DNA of 64,000 nucleotides from Trichosphaerium sp. ATCC 40318 (lineage: Eukaryota > Protista > Tubulinea). The notes below the pieces were generated by a model. It was given only the letters and a program-made list of their open reading frames with translations. It was not told the DNA's origin and ran no database searches. Positions 1 to 14,373 of this stretch are shown here, in pieces. Positions within the stretch are counted from its first letter, which is position 1. Every line of letters begins with the position of its first letter. The stretch lies in NCBI GenBank assembly GCA_038496445.1, contig JALMLS010000285.1:1-64000 (forward strand), written 5' to 3'. A program made the position numbers and the translations under genes.

Positions 1-199
1 TATTTTACTTACTTTTATATTTTTTAATATATTTTTAGTTTTTTTGCTTTAATATTACACAACCATTTATATTATACTATTGTATTTTCTATAATTACAC
101 TATTATTGGTATTATTACATCTTACATATATATTGCTTCACTATACATTGTTGGATTTTGTTGGTTTTTTTTATTGTTATATTACATATTTCAATATGT

Positions 200-905
200 A
201 GCTTTGCTACATAATCTTATCCACTATAAGTATTGAATGCATATTGCTTTGCTGAATAATGCATTCCACTTTAAGTGTTGCAATTCTTGTTTCACTACAA
301 TATCTTGGATTTCTTCATTTTCCCACATGAAGCGCTTCGCTTCAAAATGCATTCCACTGTAAGGTTCGTATGTACCGCTTTGCTAAATAATGCATTCCAC
401 TTTTAAATATTGCAATTCTTATTTCACTACAATACTTTGGATTTCCTCATTTTTTCGCATAAAGCACTTCACTTCAAAATGCATTCCACTTTGAGGTTTA
501 TACATGTACCGTTTCGCTAAATAATGCATTCCACTTTAGGTATTATATTCTTCTTTCACTATAATATCTTGGATTTCTTCATTTTTTTTGCATGAAGCGC
601 TTCACTTCAAAATGCATTCCACTTTAGGCACCGCATATGTGCCGCTTCGCTGAATAATGCATTCAATATTAGGTGTCGCATGCGTACCGCTTCACTACAG
701 TATCTTAGATTCTTTTAATTTTTTTTTCGCATTAGGTTTTGTAATATGGCGCTTCGCTTCAGAATGCATTCCCACCATAATCTCTGCATGCCTACCGCTT
801 TGCTACATAATGCATTCCACTTTAGGTCCTGCATGCGTGTCGCTTTGCTACAAATTGTTGGATTCTATGAGTTTTTCGCTTTGTTGCTGCTTCGCTACAT
901 AATGT
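200..905. repeat. Degenerate tandem repeat (satellite-like), ~132-bp period built from ~44-bp subunits
   Basis: Motif (AAT)GCATTCCAC recurs at 261, 349, 392, 481, 526, 614, 659, 766 and 812 (variants at 659 and 766). Spacings alternate ~88 and ~44, giving a 131-134 bp period; GCTTCGCT-like motifs precede each copy. Confidence 0.9.
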
Positions 906-1029
906 TGTTGTTGTGACCCTATAATATATCGCTTTGCGATATATTTCTACACAGTGCTTCGCACTGTTACATAGTACTATATGTATAAGTATTGGCAACA
1001 TATGTTGCCTACATGCTGTTTAGCAACAG

Positions 1030-1240
1030 CATAGATCCTAGTCCCTAACTTTAATTGGCTTCTAGAACATAACCTTAGTCGTTATTTGTGTATATTAGGA
1101 CTAGGGTTTAGGTTGCTAATTACAGTTTGTGACTTAGGATTAGGTTTAGGTTTGCAACTTTAAGTAAAATTAGGACTAGGGCTTAAGATTTGTGAATGCT
1201 TTGCAAACCCTATCTACAATTAAGATTAGGGTTTATTTGT
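1030..1240. repeat. Degenerate telomere-like (TTAGGG/TTTAGG variant) motifs, partly inverted
   Basis: ttaggactagggtttagg (~1095), ttaggattaggtttagg (~1135), ttaggactaggg (~1170), ttagggttt (~1226); inverted cctagtccctaa (~1037). Confidence 0.45.
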
Positions 1241-1484
1241 TATGTTTTGTTTGTATTGTATCAACCTATTTGGTTTAGCAGATTGCAACTTGTATTGTGT
1301 ATTGGTAGTTGATATTATATATAAGATTCAGAAACTACATTTTAAGAGTTAATACTAGACTAGAGATAGGCTTATTGTATTTAGTACATTAATTTTGTTT
1401 ATTTCAACATTGATACTTGTAAGTTAATGTGATTGTATCTTAATATTATTTAACTATCCATTTGGAGCTTTAATATACTGGATT

Positions 1485-3741
1485 TTATTGTGCAACATTT
1501 GCTTTACTTACAGGTTCATTAACTTTTTGTTGAACAAATTCTGTTGCTTTTATCTTTATCCGTCTTAATTGTTTAGGTTCAAAATTGTATGGTACAAGCA
1601 TTTCTGGTTTGTATAACTCATCAATGTGTTTTGGCTCACTACTACCAATAAATGTGACATGTTTAGGGCCAGATTGAGCAAACCGCCAAGCCATCTCCGT
1701 CATTCCAGAAGCATTTGCAAATTCAGGGTACACAGTTGCTAAATGCTATAGCATGTCAATACTACATTTCACAATGAAAGTGTGTACCGTTTGCAAAAAT
1801 CTTTGATCAGTTGCTTTGTTAAACTCTAACAGCCAACCAAATCTATCCAATGCCACTGTAATAGCATATCTATATTGTGTTGCCCAACCTTTAAAAGGTC
1901 CAAACTATAAAGTACAATAAGCCCGGCAGTTATCAGTATTTGGGGGTTTTGTTTTGTGTGGTGTTGGGTTAAAAAAAGGATATTGTTTTTTAACAGCACA
2001 TACCTCATGTTGTCGAACATCATTTATTGACTTGGTGATCTGTGCGCCTATGCTTCCAGCACGCAAGGCATGCCAAACTCCTGGGTCAACGCCTTTTTTG
2101 GAATTGGCTGAAAGAACCCTCGACCACGCTATGTCTCTGTAAGGCGGCAAATATTTACTTTCCTCATTTGATGCATGCTCTTGCATGAGTCCTTTGTAGT
2201 GATTCTCATGGGCGGCCAATACATTCAAAGATTCACTAATCAACACACCAATGTCTTTATCTAGTACAGTTAAACACAGGCGTAAAGGAAAAGAAAAGAA
2301 AAAAAAAAGAGAGAGAGAAAGCGAAAGCGGTCACCAGTGCCAATAGCATACCCTTATGACTTGGAACATCAACTAATCTGTATAAACGTGGTACAGGATC
2401 AGACGGTAACAGAAAATTGAAGGGTGTGCTTGTCATCGTGAGCATATCTGCCTGCGCTGCAATTTCCATCATTGATAACGAGTTGTTCAATTGATTGCGC
2501 AATGTCAGGGCATTAGATCCCAATAAGTTAAATGGACACTTGATAGCACGCATGTGGTGGTTATCGCCACCAACACGCTGGGCGTTTCCAAGCAATGCAT
2601 CGACGGGGAGTACCAAGTTGGCACTATCAGTGACGGCCTGAGTAACAACACCGTAAGTATTGACACGCCCTTTAGCTACCATCTCCTCTAGGTGACCAAA
2701 TGCGGGCTGTAAGTACTCTGTAAGCGCCAAGTAACCAGGATCACTCTACACATAAGTTGAGTTGACGCAAATTAATAGAAAACAAGTATAATCTCTTGGT
2801 GTGTAAGCATACATTACTGTCGCAAAATAAATCTGGCGTTTCTAACAACACCACATCGACTGTCTCGACCCCAAGTCTGTTGCATATGGAAGACACAGCA
2901 TCGTGAATATACGCTTCTCCATGAGAGTAATATTCGCCCTCACCTGCTTTTATCTACGCTTGTATTAAAAAAAAAAGTGGCGTCCGAAGCAAAATACACA
3001 AGTTCTGGCAGAAGAAAAAAAAAGGTACCATGGATGCAAACAGAGGATCTTGTGGTTTCTCAGCTATCCCTCGCTCTATATATTTGGCCTGTAGGTTAAT
3101 GACAGTGTCAAATCTCAATGTTTCGCATTTATTTTATGTAGACACTTACCTGAGCGCCCCTAACGATGCCTGTCTTGGCAACCAGCACAACTTCCTAAAC
3201 ACGTCAGACCGTGAAATATTCAGAATAAAAAAAATAAAAGTTTTACACACCTCTCTGCGCAGTTCCCCTTTATCAAACAGTCCCCTCAATACTCTCCCAA
3301 TTTCAGCTTCACTTTCCCCTGCATCTGGACCAGTACTAACGTCTAGGAGAATAATTAGGCGATAAAGAAAAAAAAAAAAAGCTAGAAGGGCGCACTTATC
3401 ACATTAGCGCCATTCTTGATTGCGTGAAGCAAAGTATCCGCTGAACCAGGCAAGTCGTGTTCATACGCACCTAGAGCGAACTTTAATAGTGAAAAAAAAA
3501 TTAAACCATTTTAGTTAGTTACGCCTGACTACGTACCTATACCCACCTGCGATAAAGACAAGCTCTGCCAATCAAAAAATGGCATTTTACTAAAACGCGC
3601 AGCTCTCTCTTTAGTCGCTTCGTGCGTCGCAAACCCTTTAACTGTTGAAAACAGACGCATTTGTACCGTTGTATGGGATTTTACGCCACGCCGGCGCGTA
3701 GGGCAACTAGCTTTACTGGTGCGAGTTAGAGCACGCAGCAT
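1485..3741 (-). CDS. Aldo/keto reductase family oxidoreductase with probable mitochondrial presequence (multi-exon)
   Basis: Arg/Ser-rich N-terminus, then GFATHEATKER..LSLSQVGIG, EVVLVAKTG, RLGVETVDVVLLETPD, AFGHLEEMVAKGRVNTYGV and IKCPFNLL, matching the AKR (alpha/beta)8 pattern. Confidence 0.75.
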
Positions 3742-3877
3742 TTTCACTAGGAGCCTATCAATGAGCTTGAAAATTGAAAATTTGAAGTATTTTGACAACC
3801 ACGAAAAAAAAAAAACCATATTCTTTTCTACAACGCATTTTTTTTTTATTGTCTTTATATTTATTTACATTGACACA

Positions 3878-4936
3878 CTAAAGTAACCGATTCAGAGCAA
3901 CCAAAATAGCGATCACAAGTAAGGCAATAGCAACATACGCATTCTTGTTTTGTGGTTGAGCAAGTGTGGTTGCAATAGGACTTGCTGTAGTGGTCGCGCT
4001 TGGCGCTTTAGTGGTATTTGTAGGACCTGAAACCTGTACTTTTGCCTTTTTGGCAAGTTCAGGGAACCTAAAAACGAAGTATAAGCGCAACAACCTGTAA
4101 AGGGATCAAATGACATGCATCTTTATAAATTTCTTGCTTCTTTTATTCCACTCCAAAGACTTCTTTGCCAATACCATTCGTGCCTCAGTAGTCCCTTCTA
4201 AAGAACCAGCGTGTTGTGCTTCCTCTAACTAATCAAAAACGTGTGAGATAAAAACAAGAATTGCAAGCTCAAACTAACTGCTTGCTATTTATGAACATAA
4301 GAAAAAAAAAATACCATGAAGGACAACAATCCTATCAATATTGATTTTACGCTCCACAAAGGATTCCAAGACTCTGGGTGATCTAGTAAAAAGGGTAAAC
4401 TAAAAAGAGACCAAAAAAAAAACAATCATTTTGACTTACAGTCACTCATACTAAGGCACAACCGCATGTCCGTCTTAAACCGACCTGAAGGCGTATACAT
4501 AAATATGGATGGGGGTTTGTGAGGATATCCAGACGGAAATCTGAGGAGACCCCAATATGCACCATTGTGATAAGGACAAATAGGATTTAGCAAGAAAAAA
4601 TCAATCAACGGAATTTTTTTGCGTTTTTGCATTACAAAATTGCTCTGTACCTGCCATGGGGACCGAGTATAACGTAGTGCCACCTAATCACGGAATAAAT
4701 TCAGTGGTGAGGATGGATGAGTACAAGGAAATCGTACTCCAAAATATTAGATGAGTCTGGTCGCGCAATAATGTTCTCTGGCGGGTCCTGGAAACTTTTA
4801 AACGCGGAAATGGTTACATAGAAATCGTATCGGTGCTCACCAACAAAATTGCCTTGTACTCTTTTTGTAAACGTCGCTAATACTTGTTAAACGGTACAAA
4901 AAAAACTGATTGATCAACCCTATACTGCTTTGCCAT
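3878..4936 (-). CDS. UBE2J2: Ubiquitin-conjugating enzyme E2 J2 / Ubc6 (tail-anchored ER E2)
   Basis: [92 protein letters not shown]; C-terminal [18 protein letters not shown]. Confidence 0.93.
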
Positions 4937-5220
4937 CGTTATAGCGTTGTAAACCCAACTAACTCGTTGTAATAAAACAAAAACAGTGAAATTAGGTAGC
5001 AGCAGCTATTTCAACGATCTCCGGAGAGCCCAAAATAAATGAAACAGTCACAGAAAAAAAAAAAAAACCAAAAAGTCAATTTGGGTGCGATAAATAGAAA
5101 AAAAAATTCTCTTCGCAAAAGCAACATAAACTAAACTGCGACAACAATGACTGATATGAAACTATGTACGTGTAAAAGGGCTCCACGAGTACTTGATGGC
5201 CTGTGCTAACGGTTTTAGGC

Positions 5221-6739
5221 ATGTCCCTAGACGATCTAGCCGATAAGGAGCTAGGTAAAGGACGCCGCGGCGGTGGTGGCAGAGGCAAAGGTAGAGGTAG
5301 GAGAGATAACACTGGGCCAAAAAGAAGACAGAGGAATCATAAACACCGTGACAATGCAGCACCATACCACAGGGTACCTAAACGCTTTATTTTTGATCAT
5401 TAATGGATTTACAAAAAAAAAAACCCTTGCTGTTGAACACCAACGACAACCATTGCCTCCAGATTATTGCAGTGGACCAAAAACGATTCTCTACATAACT
5501 TTTTTTCTTCTTGCGACAGATTTAATCTGATAATTGCACTTAGCGCCAAGGGCCTCGTTCTGACCCTGATGATGCTGTGTGGAAGCACGATATGTTTGAG
5601 AACAAAGGTCAGATGTCAGGTGGCTCAGCAAACTACAACAACCAAGATCGCAGCAGGTAATTTTTTAATATTATTTTTATCGTTATATTTGTGCTTGTGG
5701 ACTCATTGCGATATTTAGAGCGAGTTCAGGAACGAGAATAAAGATTAGCGACATCCAATATGATGTGGGTGAGTCGGAATTGCAGGTATGTCACAATTTG
5801 AATCAATGATTAATCTTTTTTTTTTTTTTCCTTTTCGCCTATTCCCAGTTCGTTCCTTCTAAGATGCATTGTAGGTACTTATTCTGTAGCCCTTTTTGTC
5901 GTTGAGCGTTCCTCTCCTCCTTTTGAGCAATGCGCAAGCCTTGGATGAATAGCAACACCATCAGTCATCTATCATTTTGAGCGCTGTTTTTATTTTTTTA
6001 TTGCCCTTTTGCTCTTTGATGGTTCTCAGTATATTCGAGACTGTTGATGGAGCATAATGCGTGTCAGGTGTCCATTACTGAAACCAAACACAAAAAAAAA
6101 ACCACAAAAAAAAAATATATTCGAATGAATTTTTTTCAATCACTTCTTGCTCTTGGGCAATACCAACGGCCATTACCAGGAACTTTTTACAACAGTTGGC
6201 GCTATTAAGAAAGTACGAGTGTACTATGATAAATCTGGACGTAGCGAAGGTATGTGCCAGTACAGTTTTTTTTTTTTTCTCTTCTTTCTTTTTCTCTTGC
6301 TAGCTTTACCATTGTTATTTTAAACTTACTTTTGTGGTTTTCCAGGCAAAGCGGAAATTACTTTTGAGTCAAAACAGGATGCCGAATCTGCAGTAAAGCA
6401 ATTCAATGGAGCCAAGTGCGAATTTTGATTGAGATTTCTTGGTAATTTATGTTACTTTAGGATTGACGGAAAGCCGATGTCTATTGAGATACTCCCAGAT
6501 GCACCTGTACGAGAACGCAGGAATAAATACGGTGGTGATAGATCTCGGTACGTAAATGCGCACCTCACCCTTCCGTTTGTTAAAAGTTGCTTACATTTTC
6601 TCAAAATAGCCGTGGTCGCAACAACCGCCAAAATCAGCGTGGTAACTGGAACAACAACTCTCGAAACAATGGAGGCAGCAACAACGGAGGCGGTAACAAT
6701 GGCGGGATTGACGATATCAAAATCAAAGTGTCATTTTAA
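5221..6739 (+). CDS. ALYREF: ALY/REF (THO complex subunit 4, Yra1-like) mRNA export adaptor
   Basis: N-terminal MSLDDL box, RGG region, WKHDMF motif, RRM (TRIKISDIQYDV..ELFTTVGAIKKVRVYYDKSGRSEGKAEITF..QFNGAKIDGKPMSIEI). Confidence 0.9.
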
Positions 6740-6980
6740 AAAAAATTCCACTAGTTCACCAAATATTTTACAATAAAGCATAGTGTTTTTCACCCTTGTT
6801 ACAAAAGCATTAGATGGCCTTTTTTTTTTGTTTCGTGCGCACCTGTTTCCTTGTACGTTAGTTGGGGTTATTAAAGAAAAGACAGAAATGAACAAATGGC
6901 TTAGCTAAAGTTTTGTTAAGGCTTGCCTTCACTGTTTTTTTTTTTCAGTCTTAGAAAGCTGTAAACACTTTTTCACCATC

Positions 6981-8760
<1,780 letters not shown>

Positions 8761-9172
8761 ATAAACAAGTAAGAAATAAAAAAAACTACAATCCATTTTC
8801 ATTAGCGATTTCTTTCACTCTGCCCTTCAGTTAAGTGTAATTACTTCTGGACTTTGAAGTCAATAAGCCCATATATACTATTAAGTGAGAATAAATAGAA
8901 CTTGGTATTCTTCAAAAGGAAGGAGCTACCAGGTTGTAAAGTTGGAATTTGATTGTCTGAACAAACAATTTCTAGTAAAATCAATCATTTTCTCGGCCTT
9001 TGCAAGTAAATAAACCCTAATAGATGACCTCATAGCCGTAGACAAAGTTGTGGTTTGGAGTCCATTAAAAGATTTTTGGCTCCTGTTGCGCGTACAACTG
9101 TTCGTTCAAGTAGTGTTAAGTGGTAGTTAGAACAATTAGTAAGTCGCAATAAAAACAAAACGTGATACCAGT

Positions 9173-11738
9173 ATGTCAGATGAAGAAACAAGTGTTAAAG
9201 TAGCCGACGAAAGCGCGTCTACTAAAAAAAGCCCACGCAAGAAATCATCAAGGAAACTCAAAAAGCAAGGCTCAAAAGTGAAGCACTCAAAACAACCTGA
9301 GAGTGCTCTCAGTCAAGCAGAAATGGCTCTAAAGGAAGTTGAAGTCCTGCTCAAGTCCAAAACCACTCTAGAGCCTATAGACGTGGCGGCATGCCCTTGT
9401 GTGCGAGTATGTTGCTGTTAATATACAGAATACACGATTTTTAAGTCTATTTAGGTAACGGTTTTTGAGAGCGAAGCGGAGGTAACAAGGCGCATAGAGT
9501 TGAGGCTAGAAAAAGGTAAACAGAGACTTTTGCCAAGTTTTTTTTTTGTGAATAAAAAACCGAAAATATTTTAAAGGTGGTGCTTCAGAAAAGTATCACA
9601 TCCTTTGTATTCACGTTTTTATCCCATTTTTTTTCTACAAACAAGTTTTGTTCGTTTTTTTTTATTGCTAATCAAAAAAAGGGGTAAACGAGATACCGGT
9701 TGTTGGTTTCCCGGCCACGATCGATAGCGATTCCGTCCGTGTGTCTGGTGGCGAAGGCCACGCTTCTTTGTTGGAGGTAAGAATCTTTGTTTCAGTGTTT
9801 CCTTAAATGTAGTATTAGGTGTCATTTAATGAAAAGACGATGTCCAAAAAAGAGATTGAAAGCGCAACAAACACGTGCGTTTTTTGAGGGTATTAATTGG
9901 TTTGTTCGCAATTTAATTGTGTAAAAAAAAGGGAGCTCAAGGCGCTTGACGTAGCTACAGAAGCAGCATTGAAAGAGGTGGAACGTATACAGGTAGGCAC
10001 CTAATGCTCCTATAATGTTAATGTGATATTTGTAGCAAAGAAGAAAGTGGATTCTTGGGTGGAGCGACAGCATGCTTGATGCACGGTTAGAGCAATCCAG
10101 TATCGCTCTAATATCAGATGACTCTATAAAGTCAGCAAGCTCATTCCTTGATTTTTTTCAACAACAAATGGAAGACGTTGATGCTCAAGAAGCTAAGGCC
10201 GAAGCTGTTAGTGAAGGTACAATGAAAATATATCACTTGTTGGCTTACAAAAAATCATTAGGTATAGCAAAAAAAAGGCAGGAGTTGTTGTTGAAAAAGA
10301 AAAAATTAAGAGGAAGCGCTACGACGCGTCACGTGGACATTCTTATGACAGCAAAGAAAAAAACAAAAGTAGTAAACACAACGCGTATAAATCTAACATT
10401 TGTTGTAGGTTGTACTAATGTTATCATATGTTGTGTCGAACGCTAAATGGCGTGCCGGATATTCCGTGCACGTTGATAGCAATCAGAAAAATGTTGAACT
10501 TACTTACTACGGATTTGTGCAAAACAGAACTGGCGAAGATTGGAATAAAGTACAAAAGAGACGTTTATTGTAAAATGTACTAACTAATTACAGGTCGAGT
10601 TATCAATGTCTACTGCAAAGCCTTCTGCAAGCGGCAAACCTCCTGAGCTTATGTGTAAATTCTTGCGCTTAGGTTCTCCAACTCCTACATGGAGCGGCGG
10701 ACGTCGTGATATTGGTGGTTTACAGAAGGAAAGCAAAATGAGTAGGGGAGGGAAACGAAAGAAAAGTAAAAATGTAGCAATGCAAGTGGCAGTAGCTGAA
10801 AAGGCGAGAACTTCTGTTGCATTTAAGGTTCAAAGACCTGTTACAATTAAAACACAGCCACGGGATTTAGAAAAAGAGATAAAGGTACCAAAGACGTCCT
10901 CTGATAAGCGTTGCACGCTCAAGTACAAATTAGTTGCCAATCGACGTATCAGAGTTTGAGGCAAACTTCTCATGGAGTTGTGTACCGTCCCTTGTAGAAA
11001 AAGCATACCTACAGGCCACTATAAAGAATACTAAGGAAGGGCTTCATATGTTGCCGGGCAACTGCAGTGTTTTCTTGGATAACAACTATGTTACAAGTAC
11101 AAAGATAGGAAAAGTTTTATCAGGTACTTTTTATTTTGAACAAATACTAAATGAACTCATGTGACCGTATAGGTGAAAGCTTTGATGTTGCACTCGGTGT
11201 GGATGAATCCATTAAAATAGAGCACATCCCAGAGCGCGAGATGGCCACATCAACTGGAGTGCTTGGAAGAAAAAACTTGAAGGTAAAAATCCAAATGCTG
11301 TACAACTTGCATGAACACGACAACCTGATTTATGCATAGACAATTCAACAAGTAGCCAAGATGGAGAATCACAAAACAATACCTATCGTTATGAGCATGT
11401 TGCTACAAGTGCCAAAGAGCTCAAATTCTAATTTAAAAGTCCAAACTATTTCACCTCCTAAAACCGTAAGCTTATTTCATTTTGATTGCAAGAAAAGCCA
11501 ACATTCTATTTTTGTAGGATATCATTAACATGTTGGAAAATGAGATTCCAGAAGATGCGAAAAGCTTATCACCAGGATTTTACTTACAGAGAGACGGAAA
11601 TATTAGATGGATAAAAAAATTGGCTTCAGGTAGACAACAATCTTATTCTTGCCTACTTACACCCGTTTTTTAGGAAAGAAAACAGAACAGAAAGTCATAT
11701 ATACACTAGAATACCCAAAGGGCTATGTAGTTCAATAA
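9173..11738 (+). CDS. DUF4140/DUF4139 (MuiA-like) domain protein
   Basis: VTVFESEAEVTRR, FPATIDSDSVRVSG, coiled coil, YGFVQNRTGEDWNKVELSMSTAKP, CVPSLVEKAYLQATIKN..LPGNCSVFLDNNYV, FDVALGVDESIKI. Confidence 0.85.
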
Positions 11739-12148
11739 ATGTAATTGCCATTGAGCGTAGGTAAAAACGTCATACGTTGCTTGTTATGGATCACAGAATT
11801 TAATTTTCAAACTGTTATGTATCACCGTCGTTACAAAGCGAAGCAATATTGACAATAACGTGAGTATATAAAATACAGCAAAAGACAAGATTGTACATAA
11901 ACGCAAAACCCATACTACACATGACAGCTGACATGCTACATTACAGTCACTGCATTTGCACAGCAGGCTGCAGAGGTATTAATGTAATATAGGAATTGAA
12001 CTGTTGTTCTTGAAAAACTGTTAACAGCTTTGTAAAACAATGGAAAGTAAGTATCAGGTAAAAATTCTGGCAAAGGGTATGCAACGTGTTGATTAATAAC
12101 TTGGGTTTATTGTTATTAGTCTCTTTTTAATTCCACAAGAGTATTATT

Positions 12149-14258
12149 TTACTTTGAAGCTTTGTGCAACTTGGCGAGTTCTTCAATGTAAGAACCGAAA
12201 AGTTTGATACCATTGAAGTAATTACGTGCATCTACCTTCTCGTTTTGACCTTTGTACACGTCTTAGTTTGACAACTTATAAAAAAAAAGCAAGCACGTAC
12301 TGTGTGCGCCGTCATCAGCAGCACCCATAGGCAATAACATCATAGTCTTTCCAGTGGCTTCCTCAAAGTCAAGAGCAATTGGAATACTTCCGCTAAATAT
12401 TTTTTCAGTCAATTTGTTACATGTTATTTTTGTTGGTTAGTCGTTATGTTACGCACCCCTCCCTTGTTAGATCTGGCTCAACACCGTAGACGTTCTTGGT
12501 GGCAGTTCTGGCAGCAGCAAAATTGTTGTTGTTTGGATCGCTTACCCTATGCAGGTACATGTTAATAACTAGTACAAAGTATTTTCTGTAACTTACCAAG
12601 CTTTGGCACCATGTAACAAACGCAAATCGTAGCTGTTTGGAGTCTTCAAGTCCTTCCATAGTGAAGCGATGTACTCTTCAACATTTTTGTGTACATCTTT
12701 TGGATCCATATCAGGAACCAAACGAATACTGAATCACGTGAGCACTCAACAAAAAAAAGAACAACAAATTACCTGAATTTGCCAATGACAACACCAGGAA
12801 TTACAGTCTTTGCTCCTGTACCACTCCAGCAACCTTCGATACCGTGAAGAGAAAGTGATGGGTAACGCCACCTGTGCATGAGTGTGCTCTTTTTGTCAGG
12901 GTATTGAGTACCAAGCAATTTACTTTCTGCTTGGAACTTCTTTGGGTCGAAGTCAATAGATGCGTATGATTCATCTTCTTCCTTGGTTACAACACGGACA
13001 GCTTTGTTGATGTTAGGAATCAAAATCTTTCCATCAGGAGAAACCAATTTGCTCATTACAGCCATCAAATCGGTCATTCCTTCGTGTACAGCTCCTATAT
13101 GCAAGTAAATACTCTGCTATTACCATAACAAAAAATGTGTACCTCCAAAAACACCACTGTGAAGATCTTTGCCGCAGCCTACAATTGTGTTATTTAATTG
13201 TGTAAAATTAGGTTCAACTGTACATTTAACTTCCAACTCCCAGTAGCAGATTCCGCGAAGGCCGTACGTCAAACAAGGTTTGGATGTACCCAACCTAAGT
13301 ATATTTTAGCTCACTATTAATTAAGCAAACGCACCAATAGTTATCAGAGATACAAAAGTAATCAACGTCAGAGATGAATCCTAACTTTGTTATTACGAAT
13401 TCTCAACGGTTTTTTGAGACATACCTTTTGATGCTTCCCAGATGTACTCGGACATACCATGACTACCAGACTCCTCAGTTCCCTACAGCGTATTTAGTTA
13501 TTGCATAAAATTGGTGATGGAGAACGACAGTTGTATTCAGCAAACAAAAAATGTACTTACCTCGAGAGTGAACTTCAAGTTTGCTGGGATGTCTTGTTTG
13601 AGCTCCTGCATGAATTGAATGTACAAAAACCAACCAATGAGAGGTCCTTTGTCGTCTGTGGTGCCACGACCATAGAATTTACCGTCGATTTCGGTCATCT
13701 AGCAGTGTTTAGTGGATAAAAGATCTCTTTGTGTTTTTTTTACAAAACGCTGCCCAAAAATTGTACCTCAAACGGTTCGGTGTTCCACCCATCTTCTTTG
13801 TACGCTGGTTGTACCTGGTGCGTATTTTAGCGCCAGTGTTGTTGATAAATCATTCAAATAAATACGCACGTCGTAATGAGCGTAAATACCAAGAGTTGGT
13901 TTGCTTTCATCCTTTTCCCACGAAATCTCGATGATTGGAGGGTATGGTATCTTTTTACCGTCAGCCAATGTTTGTTCGCCTGCATTTGCTTAGAATTAGT
14001 AACAGTTGGCTTGTACGTACCTACTGAGACAAAATTGACTTTGCCTCCGAGTTTCTCAGCTTCAACTTTAATCCAGTCAGCCATTGCGAGTACTTTAGGG
14101 CGGCGTTCTGGTTCTCCGCTCACAGAGTCAATAGCAACCGCTTTCCTGAGCTGCTCGACGCAATAATCTTTTTTGTCATCAACGACCTTGTTAAAAGCTG
14201 CAAGACCTATAAATTAGCATGTGAGTACAATTACAGTTACGAGTTGCTTACTGGACAT
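12149..14258 (-). CDS. CNDP2: Cytosolic non-specific dipeptidase (M20 family, CNDP2/Dug1)
   Basis: [110 protein letters not shown]. Confidence 0.95.
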
Positions 14259-14373
14259 TCTAGCAAAAACTGACACTTCGTACTTAGCTCTAAAATGTGC
14301 CTTAACATAGCCAAAATAAGATTTTTTAATGGTGAAACTTAAATAGTTTTTATTGGTACAAGTTTGTAGCATG

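Noticed and set aside
200-905. CRISPR-like array or coding repeat (ORF 657-902)
   Set aside because: The 'spacers' are themselves homologous, units are degenerate, there are no cas genes and the context is eukaryotic; frames contain stops, so it is a satellite.
9577-9592. 16-nt micro-exon in the DUF4139 gene intron
   Set aside because: Direct splicing preserves the conserved frame; the signals are weak and nothing else supports inclusion.
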